NCBI GenBank assembly: GCA_030141605.1
Contig: JAQGDQ010002405.1
Coordinates: 1 to 64,000 of the forward strand
From: Tubiluchus corallicola
Taxonomy: Eukaryota; Animalia; Priapulida
Length of the DNA stretch: 64,000 nt
Direction: 5' to 3'
Below the pieces are notes generated by a model. The model saw only the letters and a list, made by a program, of their open reading frames with translations. It did not search any database and was not told where the DNA came from. Below, one piece after another: positions 29,499-40,925 of the stretch (the first letter of the stretch is position 1; every line of letters starts with the position of its first letter). Position numbers and translations under genes: made by a program.

Positions 29499-30122
29499 AA
29501 TAATAAGATGAGTTATATACTACTATATTTTTATATGACTCTTAAAACCATAAATAAAAACAGAAAACCTGTCAGAACGAACTTAAGCAAAATTTTGAAA
29601 CTATTAAAAACTGTGCAATCAAACAAGGCAATTCAGTGTGAAAAAGACCCCTAATTAGCATTAAGTATTACATATGCAAAAGCTATCCCCGGTATATCCA
29701 CTCAACAGTGTATTGACATGTCCTTGCTAAATAATTATAAGTAAGAATAAAACCATAACACTCCAAGCAGCTCAAAACTGAGCTCTACATCGATAGTTAC
29801 CACTCATGCTCTTACTCATGTAGAAACTGCTTGCAACAAATGCTCACACTAAAATATAGATAAAACTTTCATTATGCACGCTCCATCCTACGAGAAACAT
29901 TAGGAAAAAGATCATACCTATCACTAAATAACCTGAATGGGGATCAATTACTAAAACCCTGACTCTATTACTCTTTAAAAATAAGAGCCCCATCCCAGGC
30001 ATATTAAACCGGGCAACGTTGAAAAACACCTTTGACCTCTTTCAGTAGTGACCTAAATGAGGATTTTGACGAATAACATTAGTTTAGTAAAAAGATAAGT
30101 TTTGCAAAAATACCAGTATTTA

Positions 30123-30130
30123 TATCTTTG
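30123..30130 (+). promoter_or_regulatory. -7 promoter element of polA
   Basis: TATCTTTG, with TTTG at 30101-30104 as a possible -33 element. Confidence 0.6.
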
Positions 30131-30194
30131 TGTGAGCTTGATGTAACATAACAATTTACCCTTTCAAAAACAGCAAAACAGGCTGTACTTTATA

Positions 30195-32963
30195 ATGAAA
30201 AAGCTATTTCTTCTTGATGCATACGCACTTATATACAGGGCGTACTTCGCCTTCATAAAAAACCCGCGATATAGCCCCAAGGGCATTAATACCTCCGCAA
30301 TATTCGGCTTTACAAATACTTTGGAGCAGCTTTTGAAAAAAGAAGAACCCTCTCATATAGCGGTAGCCTTTGACATGTCAGAACCTACATTCAGGCACAA
30401 AATATTTAAAAAATACAAGGCACAACGTGAAGAGATGCCCGAAGATATTAGAAACTCTATACCCTACATACGAAAAATCATAGAGGCCTACAATATTCCA
30501 ATAATTGAAAAAAAGGGATATGAGGCGGATGATGTTATCGGAACCATAGCAAAACAGGCCTGCAAAGAAGACTTTGAAGTCTACATGATAACCCCTGACA
30601 AAGACTACGCCCAGCTAGTATCCGAAAACATATTTATGTATAAACCCAAGCGCATGGGGAATGATGTGGAGATCTGGGGAGTAGAGCAAGTAATGGATAA
30701 CTTCCGGGTATCTAACCCCACACAGGTAATAGATATCTTAGCGCTTATGGGCGATACTGCTGATAATATACCCGGATGCCCGGGAGTAGGACCAAAAACA
30801 GCAATGCAGTTAATCGAACAGTTTGAAAACATAGATAACATCTATCAAAACACAGGTAAGCTGAAAGGGAAACAAAAAGAGCGCTTACAAGAAAATGAAG
30901 AGCAGGTGAGGCTATCCAAAAAACTTGCAACAATAGTTCTGGACGTACCGCTCGATATAAAACCCGAACAAATGAGCAAAGTGGATCCCAACAGAGAAAA
31001 GCTGCACAACCTATTTGATGATCTGGGATTCACAAAACTTGCCGCCCAGTATGGCAATGGAGCTACACAACAAATAGCATTTGGAGAAGGTACACTATTT
31101 GCAAACATGTCACAACCAGTGACACCACCTCATAAAGTAGAAAAGCAAAACGAAAAACTAACCTCTGCAAACCATAACTATGTACTGGTCGATTCGGAGA
31201 AGAAAAGATCAGAACTCCACTCCAGACTTAAGGCAGAAAAAGAGTTCTGTTTTGATGTCGAAACCACCGGACTGGACCCTCACACAGCTGAACCAATAGG
31301 AATATCCTTCTCTTTTCGTGACACGGAAGCCTACTTTGTACCTCTGCCGCCTGATCCAGAACCAGCTAAAGCTATTATACAGGAGTTTGCTTCGGTCTTT
31401 GAAGATGAAAATATTTTGAAAATAGGACAAAACATTAAATACGACATACTAATACTGACTCGCTATGGTGCTGAAGTAAAAGAACCTTACTTCGACACCA
31501 TGATCGCTCACTACCTTATACAGCCTGAACTACGACACAACCTTGACTACCTTAGCAAAATATACTTAGGATACATTAAAATACCTATTGAGTCCCTAAT
31601 TGGGGAGCGTGGAAAAAATCAGCGCTCAATGAGGCAAGTACCCCCCGAAAAACTACTTGAATACGCCTGTGAAGACGCTGATATAACCCGAAGATTGAAA
31701 CCAATCCTTCTAAAAGAGATGGAGAGCACCGGTGTGACTAAGCTGTTCCATGAAATAGAGATGCCACTAGTAAAAATACTGGTTTCAATGGAACTATCGG
31801 GCGTAAAAATAGATAAAAATGCGTTGTTGACATATGCAGAACATCTAAGAAATGTAGCAATAGGCCTTGAAAAGGAAATAACAGAACTGGCTGGAGAAGA
31901 GTTTAATATATCTTCGCCAAAACAGCTGGGAACAATCCTTTTTGACAAGTTAAAACTCAATCCTAAAGCAAAAAAGACAAAAACAAAACAATACTCTACC
32001 AGTGAAGAGGTATTGGTACAGTTACAAAACAAACACTCTATCGTTCAGAAAATATTAGAATACAGGGGGATAAAAAAACTGCTGTCTACCTACGTGGAAG
32101 CCCTTCCCAGGTTGGTAAACCCAGTGACAGGTAAAATACACACCTCCTTTAATCAAACCGTAGTGGCAACGGGTAGGCTTAGCTCGAAAAACCCAAACAT
32201 GCAAAACATACCCATCAGGGATGAAAGTGGCAAAGAGATAAGAAGAGCATTTATCCCGTCAGACAAAGAACACATATACCTCTCAGCCGACTACTCCCAA
32301 ATAGAGCTTCGCATCATGGCAGCAATGTCGCAAGATAATGAAATGGCCGAAGCATTCAGAAAACGTGAAGACATACACCTAACAACAGCATCTAAGATAT
32401 TTGGTGTAGACATGGACAGAGTAACACCGGAAATGAGGAGAAAAGCCAAAACCGCCAACTTCGGAATTATATACGGCATCTCTGCATTCGGACTATCTCA
32501 AAGGCTTAACATTCCCCGGGCCGAATCCAAAGAGCTGATAGATGGGTACTTTAGCAGCTTTGGTATGGTAAGAGAATTTATTGACAAACAGATAGAACAA
32601 GCACGCAAAGACGGATTTGTAAAAACTATGATGGGAAGAAAACGATACCTCAACGATATAAACTCAGCTAACACTATGGTAAGAAAAATAGCCGAGCGAA
32701 ATGCCGTCAATGCGCCTATACAAGGATCTGCAGCAGATATTATAAAAATCGCAATGATAAACATACATCGCAAAATGGAGGAAAAAGGGATGAAATCAAA
32801 AATGATCCTGCAAGTGCACGATGAATTGAACTTTGATGCCTATAAGCCCGAACTGGAAGAATTGATGGAAATTGTAAAATTTGAAATGGAAAATGCTGTA
32901 CAGATACAGATACCTCTCACTGTTGAAATACATGCAGCTAAAAATTGGCTTGATGCTCACTAA
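30195..32963 (+). CDS. polA: DNA polymerase I
   Basis: 5'-3' exo (LLDAYALIYRAY, EADD, GDTADNIPG), 3'-5' exo (FDVETTG), polymerase motifs ADYSQIELR, KTANFGIIYG and QVHDE. Confidence 0.98.
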   Translation: MKKLFLLDAYALIYRAYFAFIKNPRYSPKGINTSAIFGFTNTLEQLLKKEEPSHIAVAFDMSEPTFRHKIFKKYKAQREEMPEDIRNSIPYIRKIIEAYNIPIIEKKGYEADDVIGTIAKQACKEDFEVYMITPDKDYAQLVSENIFMYKPKRMGNDVEIWGVEQVMDNFRVSNPTQVIDILALMGDTADNIPGCPGVGPKTAMQLIEQFENIDNIYQNTGKLKGKQKERLQENEEQVRLSKKLATIVLDVPLDIKPEQMSKVDPNREKLHNLFDDLGFTKLAAQYGNGATQQIAFGEGTLFANMSQPVTPPHKVEKQNEKLTSANHNYVLVDSEKKRSELHSRLKAEKEFCFDVETTGLDPHTAEPIGISFSFRDTEAYFVPLPPDPEPAKAIIQEFASVFEDENILKIGQNIKYDILILTRYGAEVKEPYFDTMIAHYLIQPELRHNLDYLSKIYLGYIKIPIESLIGERGKNQRSMRQVPPEKLLEYACEDADITRRLKPILLKEMESTGVTKLFHEIEMPLVKILVSMELSGVKIDKNALLTYAEHLRNVAIGLEKEITELAGEEFNISSPKQLGTILFDKLKLNPKAKKTKTKQYSTSEEVLVQLQNKHSIVQKILEYRGIKKLLSTYVEALPRLVNPVTGKIHTSFNQTVVATGRLSSKNPNMQNIPIRDESGKEIRRAFIPSDKEHIYLSADYSQIELRIMAAMSQDNEMAEAFRKREDIHLTTASKIFGVDMDRVTPEMRRKAKTANFGIIYGISAFGLSQRLNIPRAESKELIDGYFSSFGMVREFIDKQIEQARKDGFVKTMMGRKRYLNDINSANTMVRKIAERNAVNAPIQGSAADIIKIAMINIHRKMEEKGMKSKMILQVHDELNFDAYKPELEELMEIVKFEMENAVQIQIPLTVEIHAAKNWLDAH

Positions 32964-33523
32964 AACATGATAATCACACCTGTCTAAACACTCAGCCTTC
33001 ACTCCCCTATTGCTTATAAAACCATATGATGAAACCTTCGCAAGGCAAAAACACACCTACACTCTATTCTATTCCAATTTAATAACCGTAAGACTTTCCC
33101 ACAGCTTTCATTTCCTTAAAATAAGTATTTAAACTTTTTTAACTATATTGTAAATAAAATTTAATACCTGGTAAAGCTACAAATCGTTATAGCTCTTTGC
33201 CATAATATAATATACTAAACTAAACAATATGAGGCCATTACAAAACAAAGCGCTTTGATTCAAATCAAGAAAAATTTCAATAAAAAGTCGCAATTTACTG
33301 ATGTAAAATAAAGGCTTTGAAGAGAACTTTAAAGAAAAAATGAGTATTGCAAAGGGCTCATTGTACAAAACCAAATTTAAAAACTTAGCGTGTCTCTCTT
33401 TCTGGTTTAGCTCCCATTTGGGATAAACTATGTCGTTTCTGTATAGCCTGGAATTTTCCCGAAAGGGCGTTGCTTTTAAAAGCGAAAATAAATTTATTAT
33501 TAATTTTTAAATACTTTAAATCT

Positions 33524-36500
33524 ATGAGGAAAATAAGTCTAAGTTTCATTTCAAAAACAAAGAGTTGGTGGAGCACTTATATTATGCTCCTTTTTATGCT
33601 GACAGGAGGGGCACTTTCCGCTCAGCAAAAGACAATTAGTGGTACCGTAACAGAAGAGAACGGGAACCCTATTACGGGAGTAACAGTAATGGTTAAAGGT
33701 ACAACTATAGGGGTAATCACAGACTGGGAGGGGAAATACAATTTGTCCCAAATACCTGCTGATGCTAATGTATTGGTATTCTCCTACATTGGTATGCTAA
33801 CACAAGATGCTGAAATTGGGGACCGAACCAATATTAACGTAACCATGAAATCAGACATTATTAATGTTGACGAAGTTATTATTGTTGGCTACGGTACCCA
33901 GCAAAAGAAAACCTTGACAGGTGCTGTTACCTCTGTCTCAGAAGATGAGCTACGCTCGATTCCTGTAGCTAATGCAGCTTCACGTATACAAGGAAGGGTT
34001 GCAGGTGTTACAATAACCAATGATAACTCTCCCGGAGGAGAAGCTACCGTGCGTGTTCGTGGCATTGGATCTGTAAACAACAACGATCCGCTATACATTA
34101 TTGACGGGGTGCCTTCAACTGACGGACTAAGTAAAATCAATCCCAACGATATTGAATCCATGTCGGTGCTTAAAGATGCTTCCTCCTCAGCTATATACGG
34201 TGTTCGTGCTGCTAATGGAGTTATTATTATTACTACAAAGCGTGGAAAACCGGGAAAGACAAGACTTAGTTTCGATGCGCGTTTCGGGATACAACGCGCC
34301 ACCAATCAACTGGACCTGTTGAATACCCAAGAGTATGCGGATCTTTTGTGGATGGAAAACCGCAATGCGGGATTAAATCCGGGAGATAATGGCTGGGGAA
34401 ATGAACAGTTAGGGTATGGAGAAACACCCATTATTCCCGACTATATAATACCTGCAGGCAAGATGGAAGGCGAAGTGGATGAAAGTAGCTATTCATACCC
34501 AAGTCCCTACAATGGCATTACTCGTGCTAACAAGCAAGGCACTAACTGGTACGATGAGATATTTAACCTTGCCCCTGTGCAGGAATACAACATAGGCCTG
34601 TCGGGAGGAAGCGAAAACAGCAACTACGCTTTTTCTGCCGGATATATGGAACAGGAAGGAATAGTTATGCACACCGGTTTTGAGCGATTCTCCCTACGCT
34701 CTAACGCTGATGCTAAAGTTACAGACTGGCTGGAAATAGGGGAAAGCCTCGGAGCTTCATATGTCAACCGTAATGGATTTGGTAATAATGATGAGGGAAA
34801 CTCTGTCTCTTGGGCTTATAGAATGCAACCTATCATTCCAGTTTATGATATTAAAGGCAACTTTGCCGGAACACAGGCTGCAACAACAGGTAACGCACAA
34901 AACCCCGTAGCTGTACTCACTCGCAACAAGGATGATTATGTTCGGGAAATGCGTATACTCGCAAATGTATATGCACAGCTAAACCTACCTAAAAACCTTA
35001 CGTTTCGAACTCTGTTTGGTGTCGATTACAATAGCACGCGCGAACAGGACCGGCGCATTATGGATCCGGAATTTTCAGAAGGAAAACCTAACGACCAACT
35101 AACACAGAAGTTTGAAGGAGGAATCCAGTGGAACTGGTCAAACACACTTAATTTTAGCACTACTATTGATGATATACATAACATTAAGGTGCTGCTGGGA
35201 TCTGAATGCGTTAGCGACTACTGGGAGTGGTTTAATGCAAGCCGGAGTGTATACTTTATGACAGATACAGACTACATGGTCTTAGACTCGGGAGAATCCG
35301 ATCAGACCGCGACAGGATCCTTTGACGAATGGTTTACATTTTCCTACTTTGGCAGAATAAACTACAGCTTTAGAGATAAGTATCTTCTAGAAGCTGTTTT
35401 ACGTCGTGATGGCTCTTCAAGATTTGCAAAAACGCATCGATGGGGAACATTCCCCGCACTCTCTGCTGGGTGGAGAATATCTGAAGAATCTTTTTTGACA
35501 GAGTATGGCTGGCTTAACGACCTTAAATTAAGAATAGGCTGGGGCCAAAATGGTAATGACAACGTTGGTGGAAACTACAATAGCTACAGCACCTATCGGG
35601 CTCATATTAACGAATCATACTACAGCCTGTCAGGATCAAACACATCCACGGTGCCAGGATTCCACCGCTATAAGCTGGGTAACCTGGATGGAAAATGGGA
35701 ATCTACCACAACCACCAATGTTGGCCTCGATATTACGGTATTTGACAGTAAACTGCAGGTCAATTTCGACTGGTATAACCGTCTGACCACAGATATGCTT
35801 TACAAACAACAACTTCCCAGTGTGTATGGATATTTGGTACTTCCTGCCATAAATGTTGGCGAGATGAAAAACAGAGGGTGTGATCTGATGATCACTTATC
35901 ACGGACAGGCAGGTAATGACTTCTATTTTGATATCCGTGCCAGCATCTCCCACTACAAAAACGAAATCACAAAACTTAATGATAACTCGAACGAAATTCT
36001 CTGGGGAGATGAGCTTCGTCAAAACATATACACCGCAAGTACAAGTGGTAGACCCATATCTTCCTTCTATGGATATGTGGTTGAAGGTATTTTCAACACA
36101 GCAGAAGAGATCGCTGCACATAGCCCATATAACCCTGATAAAGATGGAGTTGACAGCTATAGCCGCCCCGGAGTATTCAAATATAAAGATGTGAACGGCG
36201 ATGGCAAGATAACATCGGAGGATCGCACCTTTATAGGCAGCCCACACCCCGATTTTACTTATGGGCTAAACATTGGCTCACAGTATAAAAGCTGGGATAT
36301 GACAATGTTTATTCAGGGGTCACAAGGCAATAAACTGATAAACTATGTAAACCGGTGGATACTATTTAGCAACTTTCAGGGAAATCGTAGCACACAAAGA
36401 CTCTATGAATCATGGACAGCCGAACGTTATGAAAACGGAGATAAAATTACAATGCCTATCGCACTTAAAGATGACGAAGTGATGCAAAGAACCTCAACTT

Positions 36501-36763
36501 TCTTTGTTGAAGATGGCTCTTACCTCCGCATAAAGGACCTACAAATTGGCTATACCATCCCGGCAGAAGTAACCTCTAAATGGGGCATTGAGCGTTTAAG
36601 GCTTTATGCACAAGCAACAAATCTGCTTACAATTACCGGATACAGTGGACTCGACCCTGAGATTATCAACAATGGCGATAATGCAGATCGCCATATTGGC
36701 GTGGATGAGGGTGTTTACCCCACCTCACAAATGTTTCTTTTTGGGATAAACCTGAACTTGTAA
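33524..36763 (+). CDS. SusC/RagA family TonB-linked outer membrane protein
   Basis: VGYGTQ, DPLYIIDG, INPNDIESMSVLKDASSSAIYGVRAANGVIIITTK, DGSSRF, EDGSYLRIK. Likely start ATG 33524. Confidence 0.96.
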   Translation: MRKISLSFISKTKSWWSTYIMLLFMLTGGALSAQQKTISGTVTEENGNPITGVTVMVKGTTIGVITDWEGKYNLSQIPADANVLVFSYIGMLTQDAEIGDRTNINVTMKSDIINVDEVIIVGYGTQQKKTLTGAVTSVSEDELRSIPVANAASRIQGRVAGVTITNDNSPGGEATVRVRGIGSVNNNDPLYIIDGVPSTDGLSKINPNDIESMSVLKDASSSAIYGVRAANGVIIITTKRGKPGKTRLSFDARFGIQRATNQLDLLNTQEYADLLWMENRNAGLNPGDNGWGNEQLGYGETPIIPDYIIPAGKMEGEVDESSYSYPSPYNGITRANKQGTNWYDEIFNLAPVQEYNIGLSGGSENSNYAFSAGYMEQEGIVMHTGFERFSLRSNADAKVTDWLEIGESLGASYVNRNGFGNNDEGNSVSWAYRMQPIIPVYDIKGNFAGTQAATTGNAQNPVAVLTRNKDDYVREMRILANVYAQLNLPKNLTFRTLFGVDYNSTREQDRRIMDPEFSEGKPNDQLTQKFEGGIQWNWSNTLNFSTTIDDIHNIKVLLGSECVSDYWEWFNASRSVYFMTDTDYMVLDSGESDQTATGSFDEWFTFSYFGRINYSFRDKYLLEAVLRRDGSSRFAKTHRWGTFPALSAGWRISEESFLTEYGWLNDLKLRIGWGQNGNDNVGGNYNSYSTYRAHINESYYSLSGSNTSTVPGFHRYKLGNLDGKWESTTTTNVGLDITVFDSKLQVNFDWYNRLTTDMLYKQQLPSVYGYLVLPAINVGEMKNRGCDLMITYHGQAGNDFYFDIRASISHYKNEITKLNDNSNEILWGDELRQNIYTASTSGRPISSFYGYVVEGIFNTAEEIAAHSPYNPDKDGVDSYSRPGVFKYKDVNGDGKITSEDRTFIGSPHPDFTYGLNIGSQYKSWDMTMFIQGSQGNKLINYVNRWILFSNFQGNRSTQRLYESWTAERYENGDKITMPIALKDDEVMQRTSTFFVEDGSYLRIKDLQIGYTIPAEVTSKWGIERLRLYAQATNLLTITGYSGLDPEIINNGDNADRHIGVDEGVYPTSQMFLFGINLNL

Positions 36764-36801
36764 CCCTGATAGTTTTTATAAATTAAAAACACATATAAAT
36801 T

Positions 36802-38508
36802 ATGAAAAAGACATATATTATTATAGCACTAGTAACAATTGTTTTATACTCCTGCTCTGACTCCTGGTTTGAGATTAAACCCAAAGGGCAGGCTCATGTT
36901 GAACTACTTTATAATAAAGAAGGTGTAAATGCCCTATTAACCGGCACCTATGCTGTTGTTGACGGAACAAATCGCCCAAGTGCAGACAACTGGGCAAGCG
37001 CCGTTTCTAACTGGGTTTGGGGCAGTGTTGCCTCAGATGATGCATACAAGGGTTCATCATCTGGTGACCAGCCCAGTATTAACCCTATTGAGGGATTTTA
37101 TGTTGACGCTGAAAATACGTATGTAAAAAACCACTGGGAGCCGCTTTATGATGGTATTCGCCGTGCTAATGATGTTTTGCTGGCTACTGTTAAGGCGGAT
37201 GATATGAGTGAAAAAGAAAAAGCTCAGGCTGAAGCCCAGGCAAAATTTCTCAGAGCACATTTCTATGTCGAACTTACACTGGTACATGGGAAGGTACCAT
37301 ACATTGACGAAAACACAGAAGAGCCACATACTGTACCAAATGACAGGCTCGTATGGAGTGAAATAGAGAGTGACCTGGAGTTTGCAGTAGACAACCTGCC
37401 AGATAACTGGGGAAGTGATAAAGGGCGTGCAACACAATGGGCAGCAAAAACCTATCTGGCCCGCGTCTACATGTTTCAAGGAAAATTTAATATGGCAAAA
37501 CCGGTGCTGGACGATGTCTACTCCAGTGGGGTATTTCAGCTAGTTGAAAGTTATGAGATGAATTATGAAATCAACCACAACAATAACAAAGAATCAATAT
37601 TCGAGATACAGTATGCTGTAAACGATGGCTCCAACGGCTCGTATAACGGAGGCTGGGGTGATGCCCTTAACTACCCTTTCGGGGGAGCTCCAACAGGAAC
37701 CTGCTGTGGCTTCTTTCAACCCACACATAGCCTCGTAAGCGCCTATAGGGTTGACGATAATACGGGGCTGCCTCTGCTTAACGACACCTACTCAGCAGAC
37801 GACATGCTGCCATTCGATCCCGAGCCTGACAAACAGTATAAAGGAACCATTGATCCCCGGCTCGACCACACTGTCGGACGCCCAGGAATTCCCTACCTAG
37901 ACTGGGGAATAATGGAAGGAAACTCATGGATACGCGAACCATCCAACGGAGGCCCGTACTTATACAAAAAAAACATGTTTAAAGAGGCAGAAAAAGCTAC
38001 AGCTCAAACATCTACAGGATGGACAACAGGCGTTAACAGTAACAACTTTCGTAAATTCAGACTGGGACATGTAATTTTGTGGCTGGCTGAATGTGAAGCA
38101 GAAATAGGATCTTTGACTCGCGCAACCTCTTTGGTAAATGAAATACGCAACAGAGCAAAATCCTCAAACGTAGTAAGATTTGACGATGGAGCTCCGGCCG
38201 CAAACTATAAAGTTGAACCGTATACGGAAGACTTCCCTTCCAAAGAGTATGCACTGAAAGCTATTCGCCACGAAACCCGCCTGGAATTTGCCATGGAGGG
38301 AATGCGTTTCTTTGATCTCGTACGCTGGGGAATAGCAGGAGATACTATGAATGACTACCTCAGTGTAGAAGGAACAGTTATGGTACACCTTTCCGGCAAA
38401 ACATTTTCCAAAGGACAACACGAAATCTGGCCTATCCCGCAAACTCAGATCGACCTGTCTATAGCTAATAACAACCCTGTCTTAAAACAGAATGAAGGCT
38501 ATTACTAA
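36802..38508 (+). CDS. RagB/SusD family lipoprotein
   Basis: Lipobox LYSC, EAQAKFLRAHFY, ETRLEFAMEGMRFFDLVRWG, WPIPQTQI...QNEGY. Confidence 0.95.
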   Translation: MKKTYIIIALVTIVLYSCSDSWFEIKPKGQAHVELLYNKEGVNALLTGTYAVVDGTNRPSADNWASAVSNWVWGSVASDDAYKGSSSGDQPSINPIEGFYVDAENTYVKNHWEPLYDGIRRANDVLLATVKADDMSEKEKAQAEAQAKFLRAHFYVELTLVHGKVPYIDENTEEPHTVPNDRLVWSEIESDLEFAVDNLPDNWGSDKGRATQWAAKTYLARVYMFQGKFNMAKPVLDDVYSSGVFQLVESYEMNYEINHNNNKESIFEIQYAVNDGSNGSYNGGWGDALNYPFGGAPTGTCCGFFQPTHSLVSAYRVDDNTGLPLLNDTYSADDMLPFDPEPDKQYKGTIDPRLDHTVGRPGIPYLDWGIMEGNSWIREPSNGGPYLYKKNMFKEAEKATAQTSTGWTTGVNSNNFRKFRLGHVILWLAECEAEIGSLTRATSLVNEIRNRAKSSNVVRFDDGAPAANYKVEPYTEDFPSKEYALKAIRHETRLEFAMEGMRFFDLVRWGIAGDTMNDYLSVEGTVMVHLSGKTFSKGQHEIWPIPQTQIDLSIANNNPVLKQNEGYY

Positions 38509-38663
38509 AATGAGATCTTAAAAAAATAAAAAACTTAGCTCAGAATGAGGAAAAATCCAATGAAAACCCACAACTTACTGTTGTAAATGAAGATTTTGAA
38601 GAGAATATTAATAAAAATATGAACTTCGAAAATATCAAAACAGGAAATCTTCAAACTCTGGTT

Positions 38664-38926
38664 AAACAGATAAAATAATAAAAGAGGTTGCAGCCATCAA
38701 ACTTGCAACCTCTTTATGCTTTGAGACCTTCGCAAAGACCTCACTTTATTATTTATCCGCTCCTGAAATTAATCCCAACCTGCTCAATATTATCAATATA
38801 GAATTTAAAACCTCAACAAATTATAGTGACCTAAAATGCAAGAACTTACTATAACTTACATGCAAAACTTTACAGATTATGATAGGAAAATCGTCAAAAC
38901 AAAATCAGATGAATCTTATAAACTCT
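38664..38926 (+). repeat. 263-bp direct repeat, left copy (IS1634 target duplication)
   Basis: Identical by eye to 40574-40836 and abuts the IS inverted repeat. Confidence 0.95.
38681..38715. terminator. Hairpin terminator downstream of susD-like gene (duplicated at 40591-40625)
   Basis: AAAGAGGTTGCA-loop-TGCAACCTCTTT, 12-bp stem. Confidence 0.65.
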
Positions 38927-40573
38927 CCTGTTTTGTGCATTGCAGCACCCAAGTTTATAATTTCATATTTAACAACTTTTTTTGCATTTCAGTTGGCTGT
39001 AATATTTTTGTTCTGACTTGTTTCGATTTGGGCAGAGTGTATTGCAGCTGCCTGATCTGCCGGATTTGTTCCAAGGCTTTTTCAGCAGAGATATCAATAT
39101 TATTTGCCTTCAATAACCTTTCCAGCTCTTTGTAAATGGCATAGGCTGTGAAACAAATACAGATATGGGCTTCAATGCGTTCTTTTAAGCGGTGATAAAC
39201 TGGCCGTATTCGTAAATCAGTTTTTGATATACGAAAAGCTTTTTCCACTTGCCACAACTGACTATAATTCCCGATAACATCTTTTCTCGGTAAATGGGTA
39301 TTGGTTACATAACCCTTCAACCCATCCCAAACTCTATCTGACTGGAACTTATCGTAGTCGATTTTAACGGCAATCTCCCCCGACAGATTCAGATATTTAT
39401 TATACCCGCGATTATTTATGCGATTCTTTGTTAGCTTGCCGGAAGCAACACGTTTTTCAAGTCTTTTTAAGCCCTTCTCTCTGTTTTTTTATCGTTGAAG
39501 GCTCTTTTTTCTGAGAAGCTGATAATCAACCTTCCATTCTTGTTTTTCAACTCAACTGGCTTGTTTTCTTTAATATCAAGAGTTATAATTTTTTCTTTTA
39601 TTTTTTGACTTTCATTCTTTATCCGTCCTCCAAGTATGTACTCGTATTTGTTTTCAATCAAGGCATTTATGTTCTTCTGCGAGAGTAAAGCTGCATCGGC
39701 AACTACAATAGGCCTTTCGATATTAAATTTATTTTGAAAGGCTTCCAGAACAGGGATTAGTGTTTTTGTTTCAGAGGTGTTTCCCTCGAATATTTGATAG
39801 CCAATCGGGTATCCATATTTACCCACCAGTAAACCTATCATTATTTGCGGTTGTTGATGCTTGCCATCTTTGTTGAATCCGGGAATACGGTAGTCATCTT
39901 CTTCTGATGCCTCAAAATACAATGTGGTCATATCATAAAATGCGACACTTATCTTTCCTTTTAGTAGCTTCCTGGTGTGCTTAAAGGTAAGTTGTTCAAT
40001 TTGTGGCTTTAAACTTGTATTTAGCTCGTCAAGGAAACGATAAATAGTGTGTACGCTAACATCTGTATTCAGGTGCTGTCTAAAATAGTCAACGGTTTTT
40101 AATTTGCTTCCCGGGTACACTAACCGACATAATACCAGGTTGCGAAAATAATTGCAGCACCCATCATCCGGAAAGTTAAAGACTTGATAAATTTTGCCTA
40201 AAATTAATTCACTTCCTACAACTTGTAAATGATTGTTTGCAATGCTGCCCACAAAGTTTTCAACCACCAAATCATCGTGTTCAACAAAAAGCGATTGCAT
40301 GCCCCTAAGCCGCTCTATCTCTGTGTTGGCAAGCAATAAAAGCAATTCTTCTTCCCGCTTTGTTTTTGCGCAACCTACGGTTTTTACAACCTTATATTTA
40401 CCATGATTTTTTGAGATTATCTGTACACTCACAGAACCACTCCCGATTCTTATTTTTTCGGACAAACATGCATAAAATTAAGCATGCAGCACCCAAAATG
40501 CAAATTTGAAATTCCTATCTTGCTGATAATCAATAGTGCATTCTTGGGGCGTCGTTGTGGTGCACAAAACAGG
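38927..40573 (-). mobile_element. IS1634-family insertion sequence
   Basis: Perfect 13-bp terminal IR CCTGTTTTGTGCA/TGCACAAAACAGG. Transposase motifs FYDMTTLYFE, VADAAL, LWQVEKAFRISK. Long flanking direct repeats. Confidence 0.93.
38955..40469 (-). pseudogene. IS1634 transposase with two frameshifts
   Basis: True start MFVRKNKNR at 40469 is shifted by an extra base near 40442. A second shift in the T7 run at 39484-39490 separates ...FNDKK from NREKGLKRLEK...NNRGYNKYL. Confidence 0.85.
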
Positions 40574-40836
40574 AAACAGATAAAATAATAAAAGAGGTTG
40601 CAGCCATCAAACTTGCAACCTCTTTATGCTTTGAGACCTTCGCAAAGACCTCACTTTATTATTTATCCGCTCCTGAAATTAATCCCAACCTGCTCAATAT
40701 TATCAATATAGAATTTAAAACCTCAACAAATTATAGTGACCTAAAATGCAAGAACTTACTATAACTTACATGCAAAACTTTACAGATTATGATAGGAAAA
40801 TCGTCAAAACAAAATCAGATGAATCTTATAAACTCT
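40574..40836 (+). repeat. 263-bp direct repeat, right copy
   Basis: Identical by eye to 38664-38926. Confidence 0.95.
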
Positions 40837-40925
40837 GCAAAACAGAAAAAACTGCTCTTAAAGGGCTTTGATAGATAGCAAAGCCGTCAGCCTATAATAC
40901 TATACTCATCAATACCATTCACTCC

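Noticed and set aside
29844-30029. 61-aa hydrophobic ORF in the ABC-polA spacer
   Set aside because: No recognisable motif, GTG start; cannot distinguish it from a spurious ORF.
40555-40764. Short ORFs at 40555-40764 and 38836-39135
   Set aside because: They straddle the IS ends and the duplicated intergenic DNA; chance frames.
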